From NCBI GenBank assembly GCA_043228905.1, contig JBHGNT010000008.1:18104001-18168000 (forward strand): a DNA stretch of 64,000 nucleotides, given 5' to 3'. The notes beneath the pieces are model-generated. The model had not been told where the DNA came from, did not search any database, and saw nothing but the letters and a program-made list of their open reading frames with translations. Both the position numbers and the translations under genes were made by a program. This DNA is from Azolla caroliniana (taxonomy: Eukaryota > Plantae > Polypodiophyta). Below are positions 12,181 to 24,533 of the stretch, in pieces (position 1 is the first letter of the stretch; each line of letters opens with the position of its first letter).

Positions 12181-15100
12181 CTTATGGTCCTGGGGAATGT
12201 GGAACGGTCCCATTAGTTATGTGTCATAGAATATGATTCTATAACATATAGTTTAATGTGACTCTTGACCTTTGAGTAATCATGGATTCTCAAAAGGTGT
12301 GTTCACACGTTGTGTTATGTTGAGCTTGATTCTGAACACGCCCCCTCAAGCTCAACTTGGGTTGGTTCCTTTTGATTGATGTCCGCTCCGGTTCGGACGA
12401 TCTCTGGTGTCTGCTTCGGCTCGTACCTAGTTCAGACAGAGACGGTACCCGGTTCTCGCTTGTACTCCCCCTCAAGCTTGACAAGTCAGGGATCGTCAAT
12501 CCAAGATTTGACATGAATTGCCGAAGCTTGTCGGCTCCTAAGGCTTTGGTGAAGATGTCAGCTGTCTGAAGATTCGTGTTGATGTGTTGAAGGTCGACAT
12601 CTCCGGCTTTTACGCGCTCTCGAATGAAATGATAGTGCACTTCGATATGCTTTGTGCGTGCGTGGAACACCGGGTTCCGAGCTAGATATATACTGCTCAT
12701 GTTGTCGCAGTAAATGGGAGTCAGATCCTTGATGGGGATGCCCAGATCCTTCAAAATCCTCTTGAGCCATATGGCTTCACATGCAGCTATGGTTGCGCCC
12801 CTGTATTCGGCTTCTGTACTCAAAAGTGCGACGATAGGTTGCTTCTTACTACTCCAAGATATTGCTCCGCTACCAAGCGAGAAGACAAATCCGGAGGTCA
12901 ATCGTCAATCGGCTTTGTAGCCTACCCAATCCGCGTCTGTGTACCCTTCGAGTCGTATTGGTGTGGCTGATGCGTAGAGAACACCGTAATCCATTGTGCC
13001 GCTCACGTATCATAATACTCGCTTAGTGCAATCGAAATGGATATCTCGTGGAGTTTGCATGAATTGGCTAAGGAGTCCGACTGGATAGCTAAGGTTAGGT
13101 CGAGTGATCGTGAGATAGATGAGGCTCCCGATCAATTGACAATATTGGGTTGGCTCGCACTCGTTTATGCCGGAGTCAACATCTAGTTTGAGGTTTTGAT
13201 CGAGGGGCGTAGTGACCGACTTGCACTCAGTCATCCTGAAATTGTATAACAAGTTGAGGATGTAGTGCCATTGAGAGATCATAATGCTAGTCGGAATCCG
13301 AATTACTTTGATGCCCAGGAAGTAATGGAGCTCCTTCATGTCCATCATCTCGAATTTTCCGGGGAGGAGGAACTTCACCTTGTTGATGTCGACTAGACTT
13401 TCACCTCCGATGACCAGATCATCCACGTATAGGATGATGACAATTAAGCTTCTAGAGTCGTGTCGTACGTAGAGGGAGTTGTCGGATTTCAACATTCGAA
13501 AGCCGATTTGATGAAGATATTGCGTAATCTTCGAATGCCAAGCACGTGGTGCTTGCTTGAGGCCGTAGAGTGGTTTCTTGAGTCGGCACACAACTTTCGG
13601 ATGAATGCGTGATTCGAAACCAGGAGGTTGTACCATGTACACCTCCTCTTCTAATTCGCCATCTAGTGGAGTGCAATTACGGTCCGCACCATCGTCATCT
13701 TTGCCACCGGGGCAAAGGTCTCTTCATAGTCGACTCCATGTGTTTGTGTGTATCCTTTTGCTACGAGTCGAGCTTTGTAGCGGTTGATGGAGCCGTCGGC
13801 ATTATACTTCACCTTGTAGATCCATCTGCAGCCAATTGCCTTCTTGTGCGGTGAGTGGGGAACGAGATCCCATGTCTCGTTCTTGGAGAGTGCTTGTATC
13901 TCCTCATTCATCGCTTTAACCCATTTGGGGTCTGTCGCGGCTTCAGAAAATGTTTCTGGCTCCCGTACTGTCACTACCTTCATCATAAAGGCGTAATGGT
14001 ACGCCATATAATCGTTGTAGCCGAATCGTCTTACGAGGTTCTTTTCACGGGTGGATCAGCGGAGCTTCTCGTTTTTGGATACTACGGCTTTCTCTGCTCC
14101 ATTTTTTTGGATCTCAAGGCCTTCGAACTCACTATCGAGGGAGTGAGTCGATTCGTTGCCGTCGAAGTGATCGTCTTCATACTCTGGCATTTTCGCCTTG
14201 CCTTTGTCCAGCTTTGAACTCGGTTGAGATGTATCATGTCCTTTGATCGCTCTGGGGCTCTTGTGGCCCACTAAGACTTGTCGTAATTGGGCTTTCTTCG
14301 AACGTGCGCATGAGCCGATCTTCGGCTTCTATCTCTATTTCGGCGTAATCCGGGTCGAGCGGAATGGAAGTCGAAGTTGTCTCTTGTGCGTACCAAGATG
14401 CGGACTCGCCGAAAATGACGTCTCGACTTACTTGAGATTTTCGAGTTGAGGGGTTATAACACTTGTACCCCTTTTGCTCCAGTGAGTATCCTACGAGAAT
14501 ACATTTCTCCAACTTCGGGTCGAACTTTTGACGCTTCTCGTCGGGGATGTGTATGTACGCAATGGAGCCGAATATTGAACATGTGATAGGTCTGGCTTCT
14601 TTCCGAAAAACTTCTCATGCTGAGTAAGTTCGTGCACACCCGATGTCAAACACCGATTCATGAGGTATACAGCCATATTAGCTGCTTCTGCCCAGTATGA
14701 CTTTGGCATGTGCTTTTCGTTGATCATGGCCCGTGCTACTTCGAGGATGTGCCGATTCTTTCGTTCGGCCACTCCGTTTTGTTGTGGCGTATGTCGACAC
14801 GAAAACTCTCGCTGAATTCCTTCTTTTCGTAGATACGCCGTAAACTTATCCGAGAAATATTCCTTGCCTCCATCCGATTGAAGACTTCGTACATGTCGGC
14901 CCGTGGCTTTCTCGACTTCATTCTTAAATTTTTGGAAGTGTCTGAACACTTCGCTCTTTTGCCGCATGGGGTAGATCTAGGTGTGCTTGGAGAAGTCATT
15001 GATGAAGGCCACGTAGTATCGGCATCCGCCGAATGTAGCCGTCTGAGTAGGACCCCATACATCATAATGAATTACGTCGAGTACGCCTTTGCTCACGTTC

Positions 15101-15225
15101 CGCTCCTTCGGAAATGGGTGCCGATGTTGCTTGCCGAATTGGCAAGCCGCACATATGCCTTCAATCTCTCTCTCTCTTTGAAGGTCAGGAGTCTGATGAC
15201 GACTCCTTTCGATTGCATCTCTAGA
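12181..15225 (-). mobile_element. Ty1/Copia element B (different subfamily), 5'-truncated: INT-RT-RNase H and partial 3' LTR (12338 to 12181)
   Basis: Minus ORFs with HYDVWGP, QQNGVAERKNRH, YKARLVAKGY, LYVDD, TKHIEV; PPT GAGGGGG at about 12341-12347. Confidence 0.92.
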
Positions 15226-15660
15226 CACATTAAATCATGTGCATTGACACATGCATATATGCAGATAGGTACATAGTGCTATGTGGAATATGTATGTATG
15301 TACCTGTATGCATATATGCATGTGTCAATGCACATGATTTAATGTGTCTGAGTAATATGTGCATAATATGTATGTATATATCTAATGTATGTATGTGTAT
15401 GCGTATATGTACTATTATAGTGTGTATGACCATGTGTGTGTCTATGTTCGTGTATGTGGTGATATGTATGTATGTATGTGTATGGATGTATGTTTGTAAA
15501 ATTTGTATATGTAACATTGTAGGTATATGTACGTATATATGTGTAGCAATCTATGAATGAATATATGTATGTACATGTATGAATGTACGTATGTGTATAT
15601 ATGTAATGTATTATTTTTAGGATATGTAATGTGTATATATATGGTGATATGTGGAATATG

Positions 15661-15695
<35 letters not shown>

Positions 15696-16700
15696 ATGTA
15701 TGTATATGTATATATGTAATGCAGTGTATGTATGTGTATGTAAATTTGTATATTGTGTAATATGAATGGATCATATGATATGTAATATGAAATAGGGAAA
15801 AGTACCAGGATACCCCTAGAAGTTTGTCTATTTACCATAATGCCCCTAGAAGTTCCAAATTTACCAAATTACCCCTATGTCCAAAAAATTACACTTTATA
15901 AAGTAATTATACACTCAAATCTACAAGCCCTATTTACCAAAGATGGAAGAAATGGACCCGAACTAGCCCTATTTACCAAATATTTGAGTGTATAATTACT
16001 TTATAAAGTGTAATTTTTTGGACATAGGGGTAGTTTGGTAAATTTGGAACTTTCAGGGGCATTCTAGTAAATAGATGAACTTCCAGGGGTATCCTGGTAC
16101 TTTTCCCTATGAAATATTATGCATGTGTTAACATCTGTCAATACATATGGCTTATTATAATATGTAGGTAGCATGTATGCATTTACATATTTGTATTTAT
16201 GTATGTGTATGTACATATCTACATATGGTAATATATATTTGTATACATATTCATGTTTAGTCAGTATGCATGTATAAATGGGTGTAATGTATGTATATAC
16301 ATATTTATGGATGTAATGTTTAAATGTAGGTACATATATGCATGTATATGTATGTATGCCGCTCCAAATTTGACTATTGTTTGCACAATAGATTCTTTAT
16401 TATCTCATTGAAATATCTAATATTTCATGGGGTTTTTTTTTGGAAAATAAAAATAAAAATTCATGGGTTTATTATAATATGTATGTAGCATGTATGCATT
16501 TACATATTTGTATTTATGTATGTGTATGTACATATCTACATATGATAACATATATTTGTATATATATTCATGTTTAGTCAATATGCATGTATAAATGGGT
16601 GTAATGTATGTATATACATATTTATGGATGTAATGTTTAAATGTAGGTACATATATGCATATATGCATGTATATGTATGTATATATGTATGCCACTCCAA
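15226..16700. repeat. (TA/TG)-rich low-complexity microsatellite-like region
   Basis: Runs of TATG/TA, pure (TA)n at about 15665-15692. Confidence 0.85.
15795..16107. mobile_element. Mutator-like MITE (313 bp)
   Basis: About 125-bp TIRs (GGGAAAAGTACCAGGATACCCC…) and a perfect 9-bp TSD TATGAAATA (15786-15794/16108-16116). Confidence 0.92.
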
Positions 16701-17550
16701 ATTTGACTATTGTTTGCACCATAGTACGTAAAATTCGTGTTCGTCAGCCATATCATTCGTTTTCCTACGTTGGAAAACGAACACGAATGATATTAAAAAA
16801 TTCGTGTGCTTTTTTTCCCCTTTTTTTTCATTTTTTCCCTCTTTTTCACCCTTTTTCCCCTTCTCCTTTGCATGTAACGTTACGCTGTCCTCTTGTCTCC
16901 CACCTAGCCTCGAACGATCTGCATAGTGCATACCAATGACTCACGACATTCAGGTATAATTATGTTTAATAATAGGTATTAGGGTTTAAATTTCTAAAAT
17001 GAAATTTCAGAAATTTCTCTGATGAAATTTCAGAGATGAAGTGATGAAATTTTGATATTTACATTTTACAGTAATTTAGGAACTAATGGGTTGATGAAAA
17101 TGAGAGCCTCACCAATGTGATGGCTTATATTGATGATAATGCACAAGATGAGGATGATGATTTTGATGATGATGATATCACCTTGAATGAAGATTAGGAA
17201 TGTTCGTTTTGATTAACACCTCATTGAGAATTTTTTTGAAGAGTAGGCATTTTGGATAGTTATTATTAGAATTTACAAAAAAATGCATATTGTTATTAAG
17301 AAGGTAATGTGTTTTTTTTTGCAACTTTTAAAATTTTTTTTACCTTGAAAAAATATTTATCGTATAGTAAATAATTTAACCAAAAGTATGGTATTTATCA
17401 TTCTTTGAGGGTGTTTACCCTTCTCGAATGATTGAATCATTCTCGAACACGAATGCATGAATGGTACACATGGTTCATACTATGGTTTGCACCATATATT
17501 TTTTATTATCTCATTGAAATACATAATAGTTCATGGGCTTATGTAATTTT
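16165..17550 (+). repeat. Tandem duplication of a unit of about 320 bp; second copy split by the hAT element
   Basis: GTAGCATGTATGCATTTAC…GACTATTGTTTGCAC…TTATTATCTCATTGAAATA occurs at about 16168-16440 and about 16485-16719 + 17493-17550. Confidence 0.8.
16720..17484. mobile_element. Non-autonomous hAT-type DNA transposon (765 bp)
   Basis: Termini CATAGTA…TACTATG, perfect 8-bp TSD GTTTGCAC, subterminal TTCGTGTTCG/CGAACACGAA motifs; empty site visible in the adjacent duplicate. Confidence 0.88.
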
Positions 17551-17709
17551 TTTCTATACATAATTGATAATACCCTTATGTAAATATATTTTTTATGCAT
17601 TTGTTAATACCCTTATATATATGCATTCTGTATCTCAATGGCTAATTTAAACCCCTTTTGATGAACTCACGTGCTATCATACAAGTTTTCACAATGAAGC
17701 CCCCGGGTT

Positions 17710-18738
17710 ACCCGGTCAGAGTGATCAGGCAGTTCATGCAGAAGCCGACCGTCGAGCACCTTCAGTGAGCACACCGGATTCTCCGATATGTGAGCGGCAC
17801 GAAGGACCGAGGACTGTTATACCGGCATGGTATAACTAAAGAGTTGGTTGGATACACAGATGTCGACTGGGCTAGTGATGCATCAGATCGCCAATCCACC
17901 TCCGATTACATGTTTTCTCTAGGTAGCGCGGTTGTTGCGTGGAGCAGCAAAAAGCAGCCAATAGTGGCTCTGTTGAGCATTGAGGCTGAGTACTGGGGCG
18001 CTACCAATGCCATCTGTGAAGCCATATGGCTTCGGTGACTGATGCGTGACCTCCGGATCGAGGTATCGACCCTGATCTTGATCTACTGTGACAACATGAG
18101 CAACATTCTGCTCACCAAGAACCCTGTATTCCATGCTCGAACAAAGCATATAGAAGTGCATTATCACTTTGTTCGCGAGCAGGTCCTGAGCAGTGAAGTT
18201 GAACTTTGGTATATTCACACGGATCAGTAGGTTGCCGACATCTTCACCAAGCCGCTAGAATCGGACAAGTTGCAACATTTTTCGGAGATGCTCGGTTTTA
18301 AGCATCTCGATGTGCTGCACTTGAAGGGGAGAAAAGGAAAGGGAACGGATGGCACCGGAGAAGGAGCCGTAGAGGAAGAAAGAACCAACAAAGGGGGAGA
18401 CAAAGAGAAAAAGGAAGCTGAGTCGACAAAGGAAGTCGGCACATCCGAACAAGTCAGTACGAGCGGCAGCGGCGAAAGAGTCAAGAAAGAGAGAGCCGAC
18501 TGGAAGCAGAAGGCCAAGACCCAGACATGGTTTGATATGGTGAAGGGCCTAAAACCGGAAGACGAGTTGGAGAACACCGACTCGGACAAGAGCTAGAACG
18601 AATCGGGAGTGACCGATTCGAACAAGAGCTGGAACGAATCGAAGGAAACTGATTCGGTTCAAGATTCGAAGAAGCCCAACCAACTAAAGGCCAAACGGAC
18701 ACGGACGAAGTGGAAGTTGACGCCAACACGAAGGAAAT
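17710..18738 (+). mobile_element. Ty1/Copia element C, 5'-truncated (RNase H and 3' extension); continues at 34137
   Basis: YTDVDWAS…SKKQP…TKHIEV; same family as Copia A. Confidence 0.88.
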
Positions 18739-18899
18739 TGTTGAAGCGGCAAGCTCAACCGGATCCGGATCGGCATCTGGAAGGATGAGCCGGTGAGCAA
18801 GTGAGCCGGTGAGCTGGTTAGCCGGATCCCGTAGTAACCGGAAGCCTAGTAGCAGCGCAGACTACTAACCTAACCTTTGTAAAGAACAGGAAAAACAAA

Positions 18900-21225
18900 A
18901 TGGATAGAGGAATGGCTAGCTCACTCCCTTTGGAGAAGCTCGACAGATCCAACTACACATCTTGGTCTTACAAGATGCACCATTACCTGCTTGGGCATGG
19001 TTACTGGAGCTATGTCGACGGAGCTAAAGACACTGCACCTGATGCGGCAAACAAGGACTTCCCAATGTGGGAACAAGAGACAAGCAGAGTGATGTATTGC
19101 TTTGCGTCCAGTGTCGGAGACCAACTGCTAAGCCATATCCGAGATGCCAAGACGCCAGAAGAAGCTTGGGGAAACCTGAAGAAGGTTTTCATGGCAAGCA
19201 CTACAGCCTGGAAGCAGCAACTCCGATAGGAGTTGAGCAATGCTCGACAGAAGGACATGTCGGTAGCCGATTACACGGCCTGAATCAAAGAGATCTGTGA
19301 CTCACTTGTCTCTATCAATGTCACTGTAGAGGAAGATGAGATGGTGCAGATCTGTCTTGGGGGCCTAGCATCTAAGTTCAGAGCGTTCCGAACTGCGGTA
19401 TGTACAAGGGAGAATACGCCGTCATTTTTCGAGTTACAGTCGATGCTCCTTGTAGAGGAGAAACACACCGGTGCGTCAACATGTGCACCCATCGATAACC
19501 AGATGATGTACATGGAGGCGGATCGGCCCCGTGGGCGTGGTGGACGAGGCGGGTTGGCTCGCAATGGTAGTGGCCGGCAAGAGCAGGATAGAAGGCACAA
19601 AGAACGTGCCAACAGTAGTTCCGGACCCTCCACAAGCAAGGGGAGTCAAGGCGGCGCCGGAGGCCGACCAACACAAGCAAAGGCCGACACGGAATGCTGG
19701 TACTGTGGTAAAAAGGGCCATAGAGAAAGCGAGTGTTGGAAGAAACGTGCCGATTCGAACAGATCCGGATCCGGTAGAGAGAACAGGCGATACTCGCACT
19801 ACGCAGAGGGATCGGGAGGATCCGAAACCGGTAAAGGGCCAACCTTGGTGATGAAACACGAGGGTAACTCGATGAAGAAGACCACTTCCAAATCGGAGGA
19901 AGTGTGGTACGTTGATTCCGGTGCATCGAATCACATGACGAGCCACGAAGAGTGGTTCTCTTTCTTAAAGAAACCGGAACAACCAGGAGTTGTCGAAACC
20001 GGAGACGACACTCCACACCCAATCGTGCATGTCAGAGAAGTCCCTTTGAGCCACGTCGGACAGAGGGGGAAGCTGATGAACGTTTTACACGTTCTGACCA
20101 TCACGAAGAACCTAGTGTCGGTTGGACAGATTGTCGACTAGCGGATGTAGGTGCGGTTTACGCACCTTAGGTGCTTCATCGAGGAAGAGGGCCAGATTAT
20201 TGTGCAAGGGCGTAGAGATGGGAGGGTGTTCATCCTCAACACTAGTGACGTCGGCACCACTTTGTTCGCGAAAGGATAGAAGATTGAATTGGATATCGAT
20301 CTCTGGCACAAGTGGATTGGTCACATCAATTACTGGAGGCTTCAAGACCTTCAAACGAAACAAGTTGTTTTCGGTTTGCCGAAGTTTAGTGGCCGGAAGG
20401 CCCAAGTATGATAAGCCTGCCAACTCGGGAAGCAACACCGGCTTCCATTCCCCACCGAACGACACCGGAGCCGTAACAAGCTTGATCTAATCCATTCGGA
20501 TGTATGCGGACCGGCACAGAACGTGAGTCTTGGCAGGAGTCAATATTTCGTCTCCTTCATCGACGGCTACAGCTGGCACACATGGATCTACCTCATTGAG
20601 TGGAAGAGCGAAGTCTTCGAGTGTTTCCGGAACCTCCAAAACTTGGTTGAACGGGAAACGGAGAGGAAGATCAAGTGCTTGCGGTCGGATGGCGGAAAAG
20701 AATATTTTTCCGGCAAATTCAACAGTTATCTACAACAAAAAGGAATTCGGCGCAAGTTCAGCTGCAGATACACACCGGAACAGAACGGTGTGGCCGAGAG
20801 GTAGAACCGGTTGCTTATCGATGCGGCAAGGGAAATGTTGGAGGAGAAGAGCATGCCCAAGTTCTACTGGCCTGAGGCGGTCTGGACAACCATCTATATC
20901 CAAAACCGGATTGGTGACAAGGTATCCATGCATGACCTGTATTTCAGGCACAAGCTGAATTTGAGACACCTTCGGATATTCAGTAGCATTGCATATGTGC
21001 ATGTGCCGGATGAGAGGTGGAGGAAGTTGGATGCAAAGTCGGAGAAATGCATCCTGGCCGGTTACTCGCATGAGCAAAAGGGGTATAAGTGTTATAACCC
21101 CCAGACGAAGCAGGTCTGAGTTAGCCGGGATGTTGAGTTTGATGAGACGGCATCATGGTATGCCTTACCGGCTTCGACTTCCAACCCCGACCCGATACCG
21201 GAGGATGAGGCTAGTGAGCCCAAGG
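18900..21225 (+). pseudogene. Copia D gag-PR-INT
   Basis: MDRG…LEKLDRSNY gag start, CWYCGKKGH, WYVDSGASNHM, QNGVAER; many stops. Confidence 0.9.
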
Positions 21226-21249
21226 AGGGTTTGGGGTTTGGGTTTAGGG
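21226..21249 (+). repeat. Telomere-like filler at the Gypsy E junction
   Basis: AGGGTTTGGGGTTTGGGTTTAGGG, absent from the paralogous Copia A position (about 9240-9260). Confidence 0.6.
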
Positions 21250-21254
21250 AACTG

Positions 21255-21688
21255 TGTTAACTCTTAGGGCCGGATAATGGCCTAACACAGGGTATCTACG
21301 GAAGACACTTCACCAAAGGGGTGTTACGGCAAGAGGATTAGGCTCAACGATTAATACGACTTAATTAGGTTACTTAGCAAGATCGTCCTTAATAATCACA
21401 CGCGTAAGATATAACAATGAATGCACAACGGCAATTAACACAGAGAGATAAAAACACTAAGCTTTATTAATTATCCGCTACTCATTACATTGTATCCGGG
21501 CCTTTAAATAGGTTTCCGGTTTGTAGTACAAAATGGTGCCATCCGCACCTGTTCGGGATCGGTCCGGATCCGGAACGGCATATCGATTCTGGTCCGTCCG
21601 TCCACACTAATAGCTTACTTACAACCATTCCTAATAATTAAATAACTCCTTCGTTTCACACTCTGGACTCCTTTGTCGGCCAGTAACA
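21255..21688 (-). repeat. 3' LTR of Gypsy E
   Basis: Direct repeat of 30757-31190. Confidence 0.93.
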
Positions 21689-21690
21689 CA

Positions 21691-21730
21691 TGGCACGCCC
21701 ATGGGACAGTACCTTGTACGTCGAATCCAC
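21691..21730 (-). other. tRNA-like 3'-half motif in place of the PPT (Gypsy E)
   Basis: Minus strand GTGGATTCGAC-GTACAAGGTAC-TGTCCCAT-GGGCGTG-CCA, 2 nt before the LTR. Confidence 0.75.
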
Positions 21731-21743
21731 CCTCCGACCCTTG

Positions 21744-24533
21744 TTATTCTTCGTCCAAAATATCCAGAATGCTTTGTTTGAGAGTCTCCAATGGTTCATC
21801 TGGATTTGGTTGTTGTTGTTGCTGCTGTTGCTGCCCCGTTGATGGCTGCTGCGATTGGTCCGTTGGTGTCTGCTGCGGCTGCTCCTCCATTTGTTGCTCT
21901 GACACCGGCGTTTTTGTCGTTGCTCCCTCCGTCGTAGTGGTCTCCAGTTGACTGGTTCCGGCCTGGCCGTCGGCCGGCGACGGTTCCTCATCACTAAGGT
22001 TAACCGTCGCCGCTTCCCGTGCTTTTTCTTCCCGAACCCGGGACCGCTCGTAGCTCTCAAACTGGATTTGAGCGTCCAGCCTATCATCGTCTAGCTGAGC
22101 TACGAGTTGCCGGACCTGCACTAGCTATTCATCTGCCAGGACTTGGAAGTCTTCGGCTAGCTCGTCCCGTATGGCAGTGAAGTCCTCGGAAGTCAACGTG
22201 TAACAATCATCTCCTTCCTTCCGCCGGTTTTCCACGTTTGCCCGTAGCAATTGGAGTTCCGTCGTATTTTGTGCCCACTTTGTCCACCATCTTACGGAGC
22301 TTTCATCAATCAAGCGTTTTGTCTGATTCAGCCATACCCGGAGGATGCACTGAATCCGGCCTGTTCCTATCTGCGATTTGATCTCCGCAGCTTGCCGTTC
22401 CTCCTTCAATTGCTTGATGATTATGACGTTGTCTTTCGCCTACTCCTTGTAATGCGTCAATTGCCCTTGATATGTGCTTTGTAATTTTTGCAATACCGTT
22501 GACGCTCTCTCCCTTTCTTCCTGCTGCTGCTTCTAGAGCTCCATCCGGACCTTCTCCGCCTCGTCCAACCATCTTGTATTTTCCGCTCGTTCGTTGGCGA
22601 ACGCCGTCGCGGCCCGATCAACTTCCTGCTGGAGCTCGGCCATCCGTTCCTTATGCTCCGTTTCCAGCCGTTTGTAGTCTCGGTGCAGGTGCTCAAAATC
22701 ATCTGTCTTTTGCTTGAGCCGTACGTTGATCTGATGACGAGCCCGGTCCTCGCGGTCCTTCTGCTGGCGGAGCACCTCCTTTAGCCGTTCAATTTCCGTT
22801 TCCGCCGTCTTCCGCAGCTTGTCCTTTTCTTGTAGCACTTTGTCTTTTTCCTCCCTTAGCCGGTCGTACGCTTGATGGCCTTTCCGGAGGCTCTCCTCTG
22901 CCCGGCGGAGGTTCTCAGCAGTCTTCTTTAATTCTACTTTGGCCGCTGTCTTCAATTCTCGTTCACGACTCCTTAGCGCTTCTTGTGCGGCAAGTTCATC
23001 TCTCAATTCCGCAAGCTGGGCTTGCGCCGCATCTCTCTCTGGAACGGTTTCCGTTGCCGGGGTCTTATTAGTATGTACAGGTTGGTTTGTTTCTTTATTC
23101 TGTACACTTATCGGAGTCACCGGTGATTGGATCTGTGTTGCCGTTAAGGCCATTTTGGCCATTTCTACCGTGACCTGATCCAAGTCTTTTTCAAGGCACC
23201 GGATTCTGGACCGGGCCGTCTCTAGTTGTTCGGTTGTGACGAGCAACCGTTCGCTTTGCGCTCTTTCTTCCGCCTCAATATACCCCACTGCTCCGGCAAT
23301 CTGTTCGCCTATCCACCGGAGCCACAGGCTACCGGTGCATTGTTGTTGCGCTTGCACGGAGGTTTGACGGATGGGCTCGCTTGTGGGTGGGTGGTCCCGC
23401 TTGATTGCGCCGAGTTGCAATTCCGTTTCTGCCTGCGGACCACCCTGTTGTCCTGGTTCCCCTTGCTCTTCTTCTTGGTTGGCCGAGGGAGGCTGCATTG
23501 ACCTTTCCAGCTCTGGCGGAATGGGACTTGCCGGTGCTACCGGTGGTGCAGGGGCTTCTGATTCTGGTGCCATGCGCACCGGTTCCGGTTCCTCCCTTGG
23601 CGCGGGAGTCTCAGTATGGGGAGCCGGTGTTCCCTCCGTCTGAGGGTCCGAACGTTTCTTGGCTACCTCAACGGTCCTTGCCGACGACCGTCGCTGGAGG
23701 TGCTCCATAGGCTCCTCCTCTATTTCCTCCTCCTGAGTCCCGACATTGAGTTTTGCCGCCAAGGGGTCCACTTCTCTATTCACTGGTCGACCGAGTGTAA
23801 TCTTTAAGGGCCGTGCCGGTGGTTCCTCTTGCGCATCCGTTGGCCGCTTCCGGCTGGCGCTCTCCTTTCCCGCCTATTCTGCGTCCGCCGCCTTCCCCTT
23901 AGTGGTCTTAGAGGCCAACAACTGTTTTCTTTTGGAAGCAGTCTTTGGGGTGCCGTCCGCCACTCTTCCCCGCTTCTTGGGCTGGACGGGCTGGACAGGT
24001 GGCACAAGCAAGGTGAGCCACTGCGTTACTACATGCCATATCCTCCGTCCGTCTCGGCCTTCTTTGCTGTCTTTTCCTCTAACGATCTCGATCGCCGCAC
24101 ACAAACCGTCTGCGATCAATACCGGCCAATCCACCTTGATCCCTTCATAGGTGGCGATGATCATCCCTGCCCGGTTCTGCGGCATGACAGGGGGTCTAGG
24201 GTACACATGGCCGTATTCATGGAGCACACGGGCAATCTCGCGGAACAACATATCTCCGCCGCCCTGTGTCCGGTAGCCCTTGCTGGCTAGGGAGTACTCA
24301 CCAAAATACTTGATGAGTTGCTCTGAGGTCGGATTGTCGATCGTGAATATGCCTCCCTCCGGAAGGCCTGTTAACGCACGGATCGCCTCATCCGTTATGA
24401 CCTCTGTGTCGATTTCTTTGATCACCTTGTCGGCTTCTTTGTGTGGCGGTGCCTCCATAATCGTCAAGAAGCCCTTGAGCCCGTGTTGCTTTAGCCATTT
24501 CTTGGCGGCTTCCGACAGCGTTTGCGGGTCCAT
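21744..24533 (-). pseudogene. Extra sense ORF of Gypsy E (about 930 codons: globular N-terminus, linker, long coiled coil)
   Basis: ORFs starting at 24533, 23783, 22409 and 22121 share one frame; homologous to 39511-42600. Confidence 0.8.

Noticed and set aside
15230-16939. Several H/I/Y/T- or C/M/V-rich ORFs
   Set aside because: Translations of TA/TG microsatellite DNA.
17699-17716. CCGGGTTACCCGG hairpin as a Helitron 3' end
   Set aside because: The right arm is Copia coding sequence (SYPV) and no CTRR terminus follows.
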